In this document: positions 10,932-21,697 of the stretch, piece by piece
Layout of the letters: every line of letters starts with the position of its first letter
Numbering within the stretch: the stretch's first letter is position 1
Source of the DNA: an uncultured bacterium
Lineage (GTDB): Bacteria; Armatimonadota; Abditibacteriia; Abditibacteriales; Abditibacteriaceae
Reading direction: 5' to 3'
NCBI GenBank assembly: GCA_963843795.1
Contig: CAWJLW010000006.1
Span: forward strand, 3,546,375-3,610,374
Length of the DNA stretch: 64,000 bases
Translations under genes and position numbers: made by a program
The notes under the pieces: model-generated
Seen by the model: only the letters and a program-made list of their open reading frames with translations
Database searches by the model: none
What the model was told of the DNA's origin: nothing

Positions 10932-11885
10932 ATGAATATCAAAATGCTGGCTCGGAAATTGTCGCTGGCGCTGTTAATTGGCGCTGCAAGTACTTGCGGC
11001 GCGACGAGTGGCATCGCGCAGGCTCAGGGCAGTCAGGCTTTAGCGCCGCAAGTCGATTTGGGTGCCAGTGCTTCGGCGGCCAACTCGCTGCAAACGCCGC
11101 AGGATAAAGTGATTTCGCAAGTCAAGTGGGATCAAAAACTGGGCACGCGAATTTCGCCCGATTTGAAATTTCGTGATGAAACCGGAAACGACGTACAGAT
11201 CGGTCAGTACTTCAAAGACAAGCCGGTCGTAATGATGCTGGTCTTTTACGATTGCACCATGTTGTGCTCGGAAGTGATGAACGGTTCACTGCGCTTGTTT
11301 CAAGACGAGCAAAAAGCCTTGGGCTTTGAAATTGGGCGCGACTTCGATGTGATCACAGTGAGCATCAATCCCGACGAAGGTCCGGAGCTAGCTGCTGTAA
11401 AAAAGAAAGCTTATCTGGCACAGCTGCCGGTTGCCAAGCGTGCCGATGCCGCTCAAGGCTGGCACTTACTAACCGGGCAGACGCCGCAAATTAAAGCGCT
11501 GGCCGATTCGATTGGCTATCGCTATACCTATGATGCGAACACCGACACTTACGCGCATCCGGGTGGGCTGGTCGTTACGACGCCGCAGGGCAAAGTTTCG
11601 AGCTACTTTTATGGCATCGACTTTCCCGAAAAAGACGTGCGCTATGGGCTGATCGAAGCCTCGCACAACAAAATTGGTTCGCCCTTAGAGCGCGTGGCGT
11701 TGTTCACCTGCTTTCACTACAACCCCGAAAAGGGCACGTACGCGGTGGGCGTAATGAAGGTATTACGCTTGGCGGGACTGATGACAGTGTTGGGTATGGC
11801 GTTTGGCATCACTTTGATGAAACGTTTCGAAGGGCGCGCTCGTATGCGTGGCGAAGAAAATCGGTCGAATAGCACGACTGTTTGA
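10932..11885 (+). CDS. SCO1/SenC family copper chaperone
   Basis: Signal peptide, CTMLC (CxxxC), WHLLTG, YAHP, C-terminal TM; precedes coxB. Confidence 0.9.
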   Translation: MNIKMLARKLSLALLIGAASTCGATSGIAQAQGSQALAPQVDLGASASAANSLQTPQDKVISQVKWDQKLGTRISPDLKFRDETGNDVQIGQYFKDKPVVMMLVFYDCTMLCSEVMNGSLRLFQDEQKALGFEIGRDFDVITVSINPDEGPELAAVKKKAYLAQLPVAKRADAAQGWHLLTGQTPQIKALADSIGYRYTYDANTDTYAHPGGLVVTTPQGKVSSYFYGIDFPEKDVRYGLIEASHNKIGSPLERVALFTCFHYNPEKGTYAVGVMKVLRLAGLMTVLGMAFGITLMKRFEGRARMRGEENRSNSTTV

Positions 11886-11987
11886 GTGGATGCAAGTACT
11901 TGCAGCGCGAATGTTTGATTTGTGAAGCGGCGTGTAAGTGCGTGCAGAAAAATTGACGAAGTTTGGAAGTTGAGACGGGAACGAACT

Positions 11988-13382
11988 ATGGGTTCATTGT
12001 GGCCAAGTCTGCCTTTTATATTGCCGCAGGCATCGACCAATGCGCGCGGCGTGGACGATGTTTTCATCGTATTGACGCTGCTCGCGGTTTTCTTTTCAGT
12101 GGGCATCTTCGGCGTCATCGCGTTTTTCGCGGTGCGCTATCGGCGCGGCAATCGCGTCAATCGCGTCTTGCCCGAACATGAGGGCATCGCCTTGGAATTG
12201 ACGTGGACGATTATCCCGCTCATCATTCTTGTAGTGATGTTCGTGTGGTCGACCAGCGTTTACTTTGCTCAACTCCGTGTGCCCAAGGGCGCGATGGAAG
12301 TGATGGTCGTGGGCAAGCAGTGGATGTGGAAGCTCCAGCAGCCCAATGGGCGCTGGGAGATGAACGAACTTCATGTGCCTACAGGAAAGCCCGTCAAGCT
12401 GACCATGATTTCCGAGGATGTAATTCACGATTTCGGCGTTCCCGCTTTTCGTTTGAAAATGGATGTGGTGCCCGGTCGTTACACACAGGCGTGGTTCCAA
12501 TCGGACCGTCCGGGTCGCTATCGGTTGTTTTGTTCGCAGTATTGCGGAACCAAACACTCGATTATGGGCGGCTTTATCACGGTGATGGAACCCGCTGATT
12601 ACCAGCGCTGGCTTTCAACCGGCAATGTGGCGACTTCTTCCTCTGCCGAGGGCGAAGCCTTGTTCCGTCAGCTGGGCTGTACCGGTTGTCACGGTGATAA
12701 CGCCAATGTGCGTGCGCCGAGCTTGGTCGGCTTGTGGAATCAGCCGCGTCCGGTCCAGGTCCGTCAGGCCGATGGCACTTATGTAAACGAGGTTATCAAA
12801 GCCGATTACCGTTATATTCACGACTCGATTGTGCTCCCCGAAAAAGAAGTAGCGGCGGGCTACAAACCGATTATGCCAACCTATCGCGGCCAGATCAGCG
12901 AAGAACAAATCGCGCAGCTGACCGATTACATTCGTTCGCTGGGCACCAGTAATGGCACCAGCAACGGTGCGGCCAAAACCTACATTCCGGAAAACGCGAA
13001 CGGTTTGGATGCTCAAGCAGGCGTGGCGTCTGCCAATCCGAACGAAAACATGGGCCGTATGCCGGATCGGGATCGCGTGTTTCAAGCGGGCAACACCGGA
13101 ACGCGTGCTGCGGATCAGGCGAATTCCAATCTGGGACGAATGCCAGATCGTGACCGCGTGTATGGCGCAAACGATGGCGGACGCCAGTTAGATAGCGGAT
13201 TGCGTTCGGGTTATACGGGTAATCGTCCCGATAGCGTTGGAGCACCGCGCAACATTCCACCGCAGGATGCGCCCAACGTTTATGCGGGCACTCGAGAAAA
13301 TGTCGCCGGTCGCGCCAATCCGCAACCGCAGCGTGGCAGTTCGAGCACGCCTCAGTTGGATCGTTCAACCGCTGGACGCTAG
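11988..13382 (+). CDS. coxB: Cytochrome c oxidase subunit II, caa3 type (fused cytochrome c) with long C-terminal extension
   Basis: LELTWTIIP, QWMW, DVIHDF, CSQYCGTKHSIM CuA ligands, CTGCH heme motif. Confidence 0.95.
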   Translation: MGSLWPSLPFILPQASTNARGVDDVFIVLTLLAVFFSVGIFGVIAFFAVRYRRGNRVNRVLPEHEGIALELTWTIIPLIILVVMFVWSTSVYFAQLRVPKGAMEVMVVGKQWMWKLQQPNGRWEMNELHVPTGKPVKLTMISEDVIHDFGVPAFRLKMDVVPGRYTQAWFQSDRPGRYRLFCSQYCGTKHSIMGGFITVMEPADYQRWLSTGNVATSSSAEGEALFRQLGCTGCHGDNANVRAPSLVGLWNQPRPVQVRQADGTYVNEVIKADYRYIHDSIVLPEKEVAAGYKPIMPTYRGQISEEQIAQLTDYIRSLGTSNGTSNGAAKTYIPENANGLDAQAGVASANPNENMGRMPDRDRVFQAGNTGTRAADQANSNLGRMPDRDRVYGANDGGRQLDSGLRSGYTGNRPDSVGAPRNIPPQDAPNVYAGTRENVAGRANPQPQRGSSSTPQLDRSTAGR

Positions 13383-13530
13383 GCGTTGAATGCCATTAAC
13401 AAGTGAAATTGCAAGTGTATTTGCTAAAAAGCAGATGGCGCGAAAGTGGGCAGGTTGTATCCTGCAAGTACTTGCAGTGCGCTTTAAGAGCGCGAAGTAT
13501 GAGTGAAGGGAAGAGAAAAGGGACGTATTT

Positions 13531-15306
13531 ATGAGCGCAACATCATTCCGAGGCGATCCACGTTCGTTGGAGCCACAAGCGCGCGATACGCTTAACGACC
13601 GCATGCCAGTCGTTGACGAGCCGCTGCGCGAACATTATCTCAATAACGGCATCGGCTGGAAATCGTGGCTGTTGTCGCTGGATCATAAACGTATCGGCAT
13701 CATGTATCTGGTGACGATTACCGTGATGTTTGCATTGGGCGGTCTCGCGGCTTCACTGGTGCGTTTCAACCTGCTGGAGCCGCAGGGGTTGCTCGGCCCC
13801 GAAGCCTATAATCGCTCGTTCACGGCTCACGGCGTTATCATGGTGTTCTTCTTCCTGATTCCGTCGATTCCCGCCGTATTGGGCAACTTTCTTCTGCCCC
13901 TGATGCTGGGCACTAAGGACGTGGCGTTTCCCAAGCTCAACCTAATGAGCTTTTACCTGTATGCTATTGGCGCCGTTATGGTGCTGACGGCTTTGGTTTT
14001 GGGCGGCGTTGATACCGGTTGGACGTTTTACACGCCCTATTCGAGCTTGTATTCCAACGGTGCTATTGCCTGGGTTGTCGTGGGCGTTTTCATCGCTGGA
14101 TTTTCCTCGATTCTTACCGGCCTGAACTTCATTGTCACGATTCACAAAATGCGCGCGCCGGGCATGACGTGGTTTCGTATGCCGCTCTTTATCTGGTCGA
14201 TGTATGCGACCAGTTTGATTCAGGTTCTGGGCACGCCGGTTGTAGCTTTGACATTGTTGCTGGTCACGTTTGAAAAAGTTTTCAAAGTCGGTATTTTCGA
14301 TCCGAAGTTGGGCGGCGATCCGGTTTTGTTCCAGCACTTTTTCTGGTTTTATTCGCATCCCGCCGTCTATATCATGATTTTGCCGAGCATGGCCGTGGTT
14401 TCGGAAATTATCGCCTGCTTCTCGCGCAAGACAATCTTCGGCTACAAATTCATCGCATTTTCCAGCCTTGCCATTGCGGTTCTGGGCTTTCTGGTGTGGG
14501 GACATCACATGTTCGTTTCGGGCCAATCGCCCTATTCCGGCATGGTGTTCTCGGTGATTTCGTTCTTGGTGGCCGTGCCTTCGGCGGTGAAAGTTTTCAA
14601 CTGGACGGCGACGCTTTATAAAGGCTCGATTCGGCTGCAGACGCCGATGTTGTACGCGCTGGGCTTTATCGGCTTGTTCACTATTGGTGGCATGACCGGC
14701 TTGCCACTTGCTAACCTCGCGACCGATACGCATTTGCACGATTCGTATTACGTCATTGCTCACTTCCATTACATCATGGTCGGTGCGGCGATTATGGGTT
14801 ATCTGGGCGGCTTGCATTTTTGGTGGCCCAAAATTACCGGACGTTACTACAACGAAGCGATGGGGCGTTTGGCAGCGATTACGTTGTTCGTCGGTTTCCA
14901 TCTCACGTTTATGCCGCAGTTCTTTCTGGGCATGTGGGGCATGAATCGTCGTTATCATTCCTACGCACCGGAATTTCAAGTGTTGAACGTGTTTTCCACC
15001 TTAGGCGCGACAGTGCAATTGTTGGGCTACGCGATGCCGTTATTCTACTTGCTGTGGAGCTTGAAGTATGGCGAGAAAGCGGGCCCGAACCCATGGGGCG
15101 CGACCGGTTTGGAATGGCAAACGCCTTCGCCTCCGCCGACGTTCAACTTCGACAAAACGCCGATTGTAACGACCGGGCCTTACGTTTATTCGGCAGTTGA
15201 AGCCGAACGTGTTGAGGAACTGGCCAACGAGTTGGCCGAAAAAGCGCGCTTTCAAGTTTTGGAAGCCGAGAACGAACGACCCGTCGAACGCAATGAAATG
15301 CGATAA
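13531..15306 (+). CDS. coxA: Cytochrome c oxidase subunit I, A2 type
   Basis: [20 protein letters not shown] (YS motif of A2 family), VWGHHMF, HFHY, GMNRRY. Confidence 0.97.
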   Translation: MSATSFRGDPRSLEPQARDTLNDRMPVVDEPLREHYLNNGIGWKSWLLSLDHKRIGIMYLVTITVMFALGGLAASLVRFNLLEPQGLLGPEAYNRSFTAHGVIMVFFFLIPSIPAVLGNFLLPLMLGTKDVAFPKLNLMSFYLYAIGAVMVLTALVLGGVDTGWTFYTPYSSLYSNGAIAWVVVGVFIAGFSSILTGLNFIVTIHKMRAPGMTWFRMPLFIWSMYATSLIQVLGTPVVALTLLLVTFEKVFKVGIFDPKLGGDPVLFQHFFWFYSHPAVYIMILPSMAVVSEIIACFSRKTIFGYKFIAFSSLAIAVLGFLVWGHHMFVSGQSPYSGMVFSVISFLVAVPSAVKVFNWTATLYKGSIRLQTPMLYALGFIGLFTIGGMTGLPLANLATDTHLHDSYYVIAHFHYIMVGAAIMGYLGGLHFWWPKITGRYYNEAMGRLAAITLFVGFHLTFMPQFFLGMWGMNRRYHSYAPEFQVLNVFSTLGATVQLLGYAMPLFYLLWSLKYGEKAGPNPWGATGLEWQTPSPPPTFNFDKTPIVTTGPYVYSAVEAERVEELANELAEKARFQVLEAENERPVERNEMR

Positions 15307-15341
15307 AATTGCGCATCGGTAAAGCGCACTCAACAAGCGAT

Positions 15342-16175
15342 ATGGCACAAGCAATTGAAACCATCGGACAAATAGATAGCAGTCACGGTCATGCGCCCGG
15401 CGAATATGGCTCGCACGGACAGGGCCATGAACTCGATCACGAGGGGCACGGTCACGGCCCGATTTATCAACATCATCACTTTGATGATATGGAGCAGCAG
15501 CGCGAAGCCACTGCGCTGGGAATGTGGACATTTTTGGTCACCGAAGTGATGATGTTCGGTGCCTTGATGTTCGCCTATTCCCTCTACCGCTACAAATACG
15601 GCGTCGAATGGCTCGCGGGCAGTCACTCACTGAACTTCTCACTGGGCTTTTTCAATACTCTGGTTCTGCTTTGCTCGAGTTTGACGATGGCGATGGGCGT
15701 GCACGCGGCGCAAATGCACGATCAAAAAAAGCTACGCCGATTTTTGGCCCTGACATGGGTTCTGGGCGCAGCCTTTTTGGTCATCAAGGGTTTCGAGTGG
15801 ACGGCGGATTACCACGAAGGTTTGGTACCCGGCTTGAACTGGGACCCGCGCCCGCATTTGCACGGTGATATCTGGGAGCAGTTCAAGGGCGATAAGCTGA
15901 ACTTGCAGGGCTATCAGATGTATTTCGTCATCTATTTCTGCATGACGGGTCTGCACGCGTTTCACATGATTATCGGCCTGGCGCTAGTCGCTTACTTCTG
16001 GTGGCTGGCCGGTCGCGGAATGTTCACCAATGGCAACGATCAGCCGGTTGAAATTATGGGCTTGTACTGGCACTTTGTGGACATAGTGTGGGTTTTCTTG
16101 TTCCCATTGTTGTATCTGATCGGCGGCGGACACGTCGCTACAGTGATAAATACGTTGACGGGCGGAGGCGGATAA
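15342..16175 (+). CDS. coxC: Cytochrome c oxidase subunit III with His-rich N-terminus
   Basis: GMWTFLVTEVMMF, NTLVLLCSS, TGLHAFHM, GLYWHFVDIVW. Confidence 0.95.
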   Translation: MAQAIETIGQIDSSHGHAPGEYGSHGQGHELDHEGHGHGPIYQHHHFDDMEQQREATALGMWTFLVTEVMMFGALMFAYSLYRYKYGVEWLAGSHSLNFSLGFFNTLVLLCSSLTMAMGVHAAQMHDQKKLRRFLALTWVLGAAFLVIKGFEWTADYHEGLVPGLNWDPRPHLHGDIWEQFKGDKLNLQGYQMYFVIYFCMTGLHAFHMIIGLALVAYFWWLAGRGMFTNGNDQPVEIMGLYWHFVDIVWVFLFPLLYLIGGGHVATVINTLTGGGG

Positions 16176-16176
16176 A

Positions 16177-16596
16177 ATGGCAGAACATCAAGTCAAAAAT
16201 CCTGACGAAGATTTGGTCAGAAGCGAAGGCGTGCCGGGCGGCGCAGTAACCGCCGATTACCAAGCGCATCACGATGAAGGCAGCGGACATCATATCGTAC
16301 CACTCAAAACTTATTACACGATTTTCGGCGCGCTAATGGTGCTTCTGCTGATCACCGTCGTGGCAGCCGACTTGGACATGGCGAAATTTGGCTTGCCGTG
16401 GATGAACATCATCATCGCACTCTCGATTGCTGTAGTGAAAGCTGTGCTGATTGTAATGTATTTCATGCACGTGAAGTTCAGCAGCAATCTGGTGAAGATT
16501 TTCTCGGTCACCGCATATTTCTTTCTCATCATCATGTTCGGCATGACGTATGGTGATTATTTCACCCGCCATTTGCTGCCCGTTGCCGGACAGTAA
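16177..16596 (+). CDS. coxD: Cytochrome c oxidase subunit IV (caa3 type)
   Basis: Three TM helices, IAVVKAVLIVMYFMHVK. Confidence 0.9.
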   Translation: MAEHQVKNPDEDLVRSEGVPGGAVTADYQAHHDEGSGHHIVPLKTYYTIFGALMVLLLITVVAADLDMAKFGLPWMNIIIALSIAVVKAVLIVMYFMHVKFSSNLVKIFSVTAYFFLIIMFGMTYGDYFTRHLLPVAGQ

Positions 16597-16633
16597 AACC
16601 TTCTGCAGATACCTGCAAGCACAATCAGAATCG

Positions 16634-16673
16634 GCCAAACGCCCTGCAAGTACTTGCAGGGCGTTTGGCTTTT
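16634..16673 (+). terminator. Perfect 36-bp palindrome + T tract, probable terminator of the act-cox operon
   Basis: gccaaacgccctgcaagtacttgcagggcgtttggc followed by tttt; lies between convergent genes. Confidence 0.75.
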
Positions 16674-16700
16674 GGCAATCGCGTTGCGGCGCACAATTTC

Positions 16701-16754
16701 GTGGCGAGATTGTTCTCAGTGGCGAGATTGTTTTCAGTGGCGAGAGTGTTTTCA
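16701..16754. repeat. Tandem repeat, 3 x 18 bp (gtggcgagattgttttca)
   Basis: Three adjacent near-identical units. Confidence 0.9.
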
Positions 16755-16765
16755 CACGCCATCCA

Positions 16766-18496
16766 TTAATATTTCCCGACGTTGCGCGTTTTCCAGGCAT
16801 CGGCGTATTCTAAATTGCGAAAGCGCACTAAATAGCGCTTTTCACCGTTACGATTGAGTCGTATGCCGCCGAACATCACGGCGCGGTTACGGTCGCAGCA
16901 CAGCGGTCGCATAATCGCTTCCGAGGCTTGAAACTTCAGTGCGCCATACGCCATCGCGGAAAAATGCACGGCAACGCCAGCGGGACTGATCCACAAATCG
17001 GACAATAACCAGCCAATGCCCGCGATGACTAGGCCGCCTGCCATGCCCAGCGTCGCACCAACCGAAGCCTGCCGGGAAACGCGACCGTGAGTCGCGCAAC
17101 GCCGACAGTATGGCACTGCCCAGCGTGCGTGCGCTGCTTTCAGGGTTACCATCTGGTCGGGCGAACGACCGCAGCACGCGCATTGGGGCGGCCATTGGAC
17201 GTCGGGTGTTTTGGCCGCGATCTGATACCAGCCATCGACAAGCGGAATGCCAGCAAATTTCGGCAGGGTAGGTAAAACCGGCGCGCCGGTCATGCTGGCT
17301 CCGGCGGCGTTATAAGCGCCGGGCGTGGTCGGTGCCAGCGGTGCACTCATCAAAAACGCTTGGTCGTCATCAGGCTGAACGGCTTTCACGGACGCTGCTA
17401 CTCCTTGCAGCGCGTGTCCACTGCGCAAAGCCTCAAGCCACGCTTCGACATGAGGCGCGCGATTTTCGGGCGAAATTTGCGTTGCCCAAATAATCGCTTC
17501 GTCGATTTCTTGACTGAGTTCAGCATTCAAAGCGCGCGGCGAAAGTGGAGCCGGATGCAGCGCGCGGTCGGTTGCTGCGAGCGGAGTTTGCGCGGTTAAT
17601 AAATAAAACGTCGTCGCGCCCAGCGCATATAAATCAGTGCGCGCGCTCAATTGCTCGTGCTGCGCGTATTGCTCCAGGGGCGCGTAACCGGGCGTGCCGC
17701 ATTGCGCGGTTAGGGGCCGCGTGCCCAAACCGCCGGTGCTGTCGATGCGTTGCATTAAATCAAAATCGAAGAGCACGACGCGCGCGTTTTCGTCATTCAA
17801 AAGTGCCTCGCAAGTACTTGCGGGCGCGTTTTCGGACGGGCACAGCATGACGTTTTCGGGCTTGATATCGAGATGCAGAAACTGCAAGCGATGCATCACG
17901 TCCAAAGCCTCGCTCAACGCGCTGACGATGCGGCGCACTACGCTCTCATTCAGCGCGCCCTGCGTTTCGACCAGTTCTTGCAAGGTGCAGCCGTGCAAAC
18001 GCTCCATCACTAGATAATCGGTGCCATGCGAGGAAAAATGGCGCTGCACGCGTGCCAACGCGGAATGACGAAAGGTTTCCAGCACGCGCGCACCTTCGCT
18101 GAATTGCATGCGCGCCCGCGCAAAACCTTCTTCGCTCAGTAAACCACCGACGCGCACCGTGCCATTCGCATCGCGCGTGCAACCGATGGGAAACCATTCC
18201 TTAATCGCCACGCTGCGCCCATTGCTTTGCACCGCGTCGTAAGTGATGCCAAAACCGCCGCGCCCCAGAACGCCAACAATCGTGAAATCATCGTCCAACC
18301 GCGTGCCGATTGGCAAAGCCTCGCCCGCATCTAAAACCGCGACCTCATCAACGCGCGGCGACGAATCAAGCGCGCCGGAATCGGGAGAGCCGGAATCGGG
18401 AGAGCCGGAATCGGGAGAGCCGGAATCGGGAGAGCCGGAATCGGGAGAGCCGGAATCGGGCGCGGGCAAAGCGACGGTGAAATGCGGCTGCGACAT
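16766..18496 (-). CDS. Ser/Thr protein kinase with C-terminal Cys-pair motifs and TM helices
   Basis: LGRGGFGITY, VAIKE, HLDIKPENV, DFD, GTPGYAPLEQ, DLYALG; CACC and CRRC near C-terminus. Confidence 0.92.
   Translation of the reverse strand: MSQPHFTVALPAPDSGSPDSGSPDSGSPDSGSPDSGSPDSGALDSSPRVDEVAVLDAGEALPIGTRLDDDFTIVGVLGRGGFGITYDAVQSNGRSVAIKEWFPIGCTRDANGTVRVGGLLSEEGFARARMQFSEGARVLETFRHSALARVQRHFSSHGTDYLVMERLHGCTLQELVETQGALNESVVRRIVSALSEALDVMHRLQFLHLDIKPENVMLCPSENAPASTCEALLNDENARVVLFDFDLMQRIDSTGGLGTRPLTAQCGTPGYAPLEQYAQHEQLSARTDLYALGATTFYLLTAQTPLAATDRALHPAPLSPRALNAELSQEIDEAIIWATQISPENRAPHVEAWLEALRSGHALQGVAASVKAVQPDDDQAFLMSAPLAPTTPGAYNAAGASMTGAPVLPTLPKFAGIPLVDGWYQIAAKTPDVQWPPQCACCGRSPDQMVTLKAAHARWAVPYCRRCATHGRVSRQASVGATLGMAGGLVIAGIGWLLSDLWISPAGVAVHFSAMAYGALKFQASEAIMRPLCCDRNRAVMFGGIRLNRNGEKRYLVRFRNLEYADAWKTRNVGKY
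18374..18460. repeat. Coding tandem repeat, ~5.8 x 15 bp (PDSGS)
   Basis: gccggaatcgggaga repeated perfectly. Confidence 0.95.
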
Positions 18497-18580
18497 AATT
18501 CACAGTTTACACGTCAATAAAATACCAAAAGCGCGCTGCAAGTACTTGCAGCACGCTTTTTTATTCGGATTTAATTTTTC

Positions 18581-20284
18581 TCAAGACGTTTCGAACTGCG
18601 CGATGAGTTGCGCAATGGCATCATCGACATTAACGGTTTGGCTGCTGCCATCGCTGCGCTGCTTCCATTCGACCTGACCGCTTTCGCGCGTGGTTTTGCC
18701 GATTAAAATGCGCTGCGGAATGCCGAACAAATCGGCGTCGGCGAACTTGGCGCCGGGGCGTTCGTTGCGGTCGTCCCACAAAACATCAATGCCGCGCGCT
18801 TTCAAGGCATCGTAGATTTTTTGCGCGATTTCGCCCATCGCTTCGTCGCGTTCGAGTTGCAGCAAATGCACATCAAACGGCGCGACCGCTGCGGGCCAGA
18901 TGACACCGCGTTCGTCGCGCGAAGTTTCGGCCAGCGTCGCCATCACGCGCGGCACGCCCAAGCCGTAGCAGCCCATTTCCATGATTTGCGTTTTGCCGTT
19001 TTGATCCAGAAATGTCGCACCCATCGCACGCGAATATTTGTTGCCCAGCTTGAAAATGTGGCCCAGTTCGATACAACGCGAAGCCTGCAATTCGCCGCCG
19101 CCGTTCGGGCTTTGTTCGCCCGCTTGCGCTTCGCGCAAATCGACGAAACGAGCACTGGAAATATCGCGCGCGACATCGACGCCGCGCAGGTGAAAGCCGT
19201 CGCGATTGGCGCCGGTCGTCATGCGCGCACGACCACGCAGTTGCTCGTCGGCAAGTACTTGCAGACCGTCTTTGTTCACGCCGACCGCGCCCAAACTGCC
19301 CGCGTGCGCGCCCAGAAGATTGAAAATTTCTTCCTCATTAGCGGCGCGCAATTGTCCGGCTCCAGTGGCAGCCGAAAGTTTGCTTTCGTTCAATTGATGA
19401 TCGCCGCGCAGCAAGGCCAAAACCGGCTTTTCGTCTGCCATGTAGACCAGCGTTTTAATCTGATGTTCGGCTGCCGCGCCGCCTTCGAATTGCGCCAATT
19501 GTTCGATAGTTTTGATACCGGGCGTGGCGAATTCTTCCAGTTCATCGCCAATATCGGTGCGGTTTTCGACTTTGGGCAAAACTGAAGTCGCGAGTTCCAA
19601 GTTGGCGGCGTAACCATCCTCATCGCAGTGCAAAACCGTGTCTTCGCCCGCTTCGCTCAGGGCAACAAATTCCTGCGTGTCGAAGCCGCCGATGCCGCCG
19701 CCTGCAGCTTGGATGATGAGGATTTCGACGCCGCAGCGACGGAAAATATTGGTGTAAGCCGTCACCATTTTGTCGAATGATTTGTCGAGGCCTTCCAAAT
19801 CAACGTCGAAGGAATACGCGTCTTTCATGATGAATTCGCGCCCGCGCAAAAGTCCCGCGCGCGGACGTTCTTCGTCGCGCATTTTGGTTTGAATTTGATA
19901 TAGAGTGACCGGCAATTGCTTGTAGCTGGAAACCCCGCCGCGCACGATATCGGTGCAAACTTCTTCGTGTGTGGGGCCAAGCACGTAATCGGTGTCCTTG
20001 CGGTCTTGCAAACGAAACAAAATGTCCAATTTATCGCGCCCCGATTCGGCCCACAAATCTAAGGGCTGCACAACCGGCATCATCAGTTCCAAAGCGCCCG
20101 CCGCGTCCATTTCTTCGCGCACGATGTTCTCGATGCGACGCAACACGCGCCAACCAAGCGGCAGATAGGAATAAATGCCGGCCGCGAGTTGGCGCACGAA
20201 ACCGCCGCGCAACAGCAGCGCGTGGCCTTCGTTATCGGATTTGACTTGTCGTAATGTGGGCGCGAAAAATTGTGATTGTTTCAT
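18581..20284 (-). CDS. proS: Proline--tRNA ligase with INS editing domain
   Basis: LGPTHEE, RDEERPRAGLLRGREFIMKDAYSF, ELGHIFKLG, MGCYGLG, DDRNERPGAKF. Confidence 0.97.
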   Translation of the reverse strand: MKQSQFFAPTLRQVKSDNEGHALLLRGGFVRQLAAGIYSYLPLGWRVLRRIENIVREEMDAAGALELMMPVVQPLDLWAESGRDKLDILFRLQDRKDTDYVLGPTHEEVCTDIVRGGVSSYKQLPVTLYQIQTKMRDEERPRAGLLRGREFIMKDAYSFDVDLEGLDKSFDKMVTAYTNIFRRCGVEILIIQAAGGGIGGFDTQEFVALSEAGEDTVLHCDEDGYAANLELATSVLPKVENRTDIGDELEEFATPGIKTIEQLAQFEGGAAAEHQIKTLVYMADEKPVLALLRGDHQLNESKLSAATGAGQLRAANEEEIFNLLGAHAGSLGAVGVNKDGLQVLADEQLRGRARMTTGANRDGFHLRGVDVARDISSARFVDLREAQAGEQSPNGGGELQASRCIELGHIFKLGNKYSRAMGATFLDQNGKTQIMEMGCYGLGVPRVMATLAETSRDERGVIWPAAVAPFDVHLLQLERDEAMGEIAQKIYDALKARGIDVLWDDRNERPGAKFADADLFGIPQRILIGKTTRESGQVEWKQRSDGSSQTVNVDDAIAQLIAQFETS

Positions 20285-20329
20285 AAGATTAAAAAGAAAA
20301 ATAGGCGCAACAAGTACTTGTGCTGCCTT

Positions 20330-21510
20330 CTATGATGATGCGTCCGAGGCTTCGGGATAGCTGCCGATGAATTTGATACTGACGGTATGTTCGCGCAGTT
20401 CTAGAAGCGCGGCTTGCAGATTGTTCGTCGTCGCGGTGAGCTTGCAAATCGGCGAAGAAATTATACGTCCACGCTTGTTGGCGGCTGGGGCGGCTTTGAA
20501 TCATCGAAATGTTAATTTCGTGGCGGCGAAACACTTCCAATACGCCGACCAGGGCGCCCGGTTGATGCGGCGTGAGAAACGAAATCGAAGTTTTGTCGCG
20601 GCCACTGGCGCGCGGCGCCTTGTCGCTTTCGCCGACCACGAAAAAGCGCGTTTTGTTGCCCGCGAGATCTTCGATATTCGAGGCCACGATTTGCAAACCA
20701 TAAATATTGGCCGCCAAGAGCCGCGCCAATCGCCGCCGCGCCGTCTTCTTCGCGCGCCATCTGCACACCGCGCGCGGTCGAGGTGACCGGCACGCGCGTC
20801 GCGTTGGGCAAATGCGCATTGAGCCAGTCGCGGCATTGCGCCAGCGCTTGTTCGTGCGAGTAAATCGTCGTGATGTTGTCCAAAGACGTGCCGGAAATCA
20901 GACAATGATGAATCGGCAGTTCGATTTCGGCAACCACCGTCAGGGGCGAATGCGCCAATAAATCTAAAGTCGGCGACACGATGCCGTGAATCGAATTTTC
21001 AATCGCCAGAACGCCATAATCGGCGCCGCCCAGAACCGCTGAATTGAGCGAGGTGTTGTCGTTTTGAGTTTCCGATTCCTGACGGTTGGCACCGCGCGCG
21101 ACCAGACGACACACTTCGTCGGGTGTCGTGCAGGGCAGTGGTGTGAAGGCGGAACCGAAATAGCGCACGGCGGCCTCTTGCGTGTTGGTGCCCGAGGGGC
21201 CGAGAAACGCGACTGTTAAAGGATGCTCGGCGTTGCGACAGGCGGAGATAATCTCTCGAAAAATCGCGGTAATCGCCACATCAGGCAAGGTGCCATGATG
21301 GTCGCGATGACGCGCGCGCAATTTTTCATAAATGGCGCGTTCGCGCGTCGGGTCGTGCAGCGGCACACCGCAGGCTTTCTTTTTTTCGCCCACGCTGAGG
21401 GCGCACTGCACGCGCTGTTCCAGCAGTTGCAAAATTTCACTATCAATGCGGTCAATCTCTGCGCGTTCAACAGTTAAATCGGGTTGAGTATGGGAATCGG
21501 CTTGGCTCAT
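20330..21510 (-). CDS. pheA: Chorismate mutase/prephenate dehydratase (P-protein); two apparent frameshifts (~20720, ~20422)
   Basis: RAEIDRIDSEI (CM), IENSIHG, SHEQALAQC, NKTRF, ACT domain QSRPS, final IGSYP in a third frame ending at TAG 20330. Confidence 0.9.
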
Positions 21511-21697
21511 AGTGTGTGCAGTATTTCACAAAATTAGTGCGTTTGTTACCTCGCTTGATGACATCGCGTTATCTCATCGATACTTTTTGCCACACTGCAA
21601 GTACTTGCCTCTGCACTTGCCTCTGTACTCGCCTCTCTAATTGCCTCCCGATTCTGGCCTTGATAAAACCCGTTTACGAGTCTTCTACGAGTCTTCT

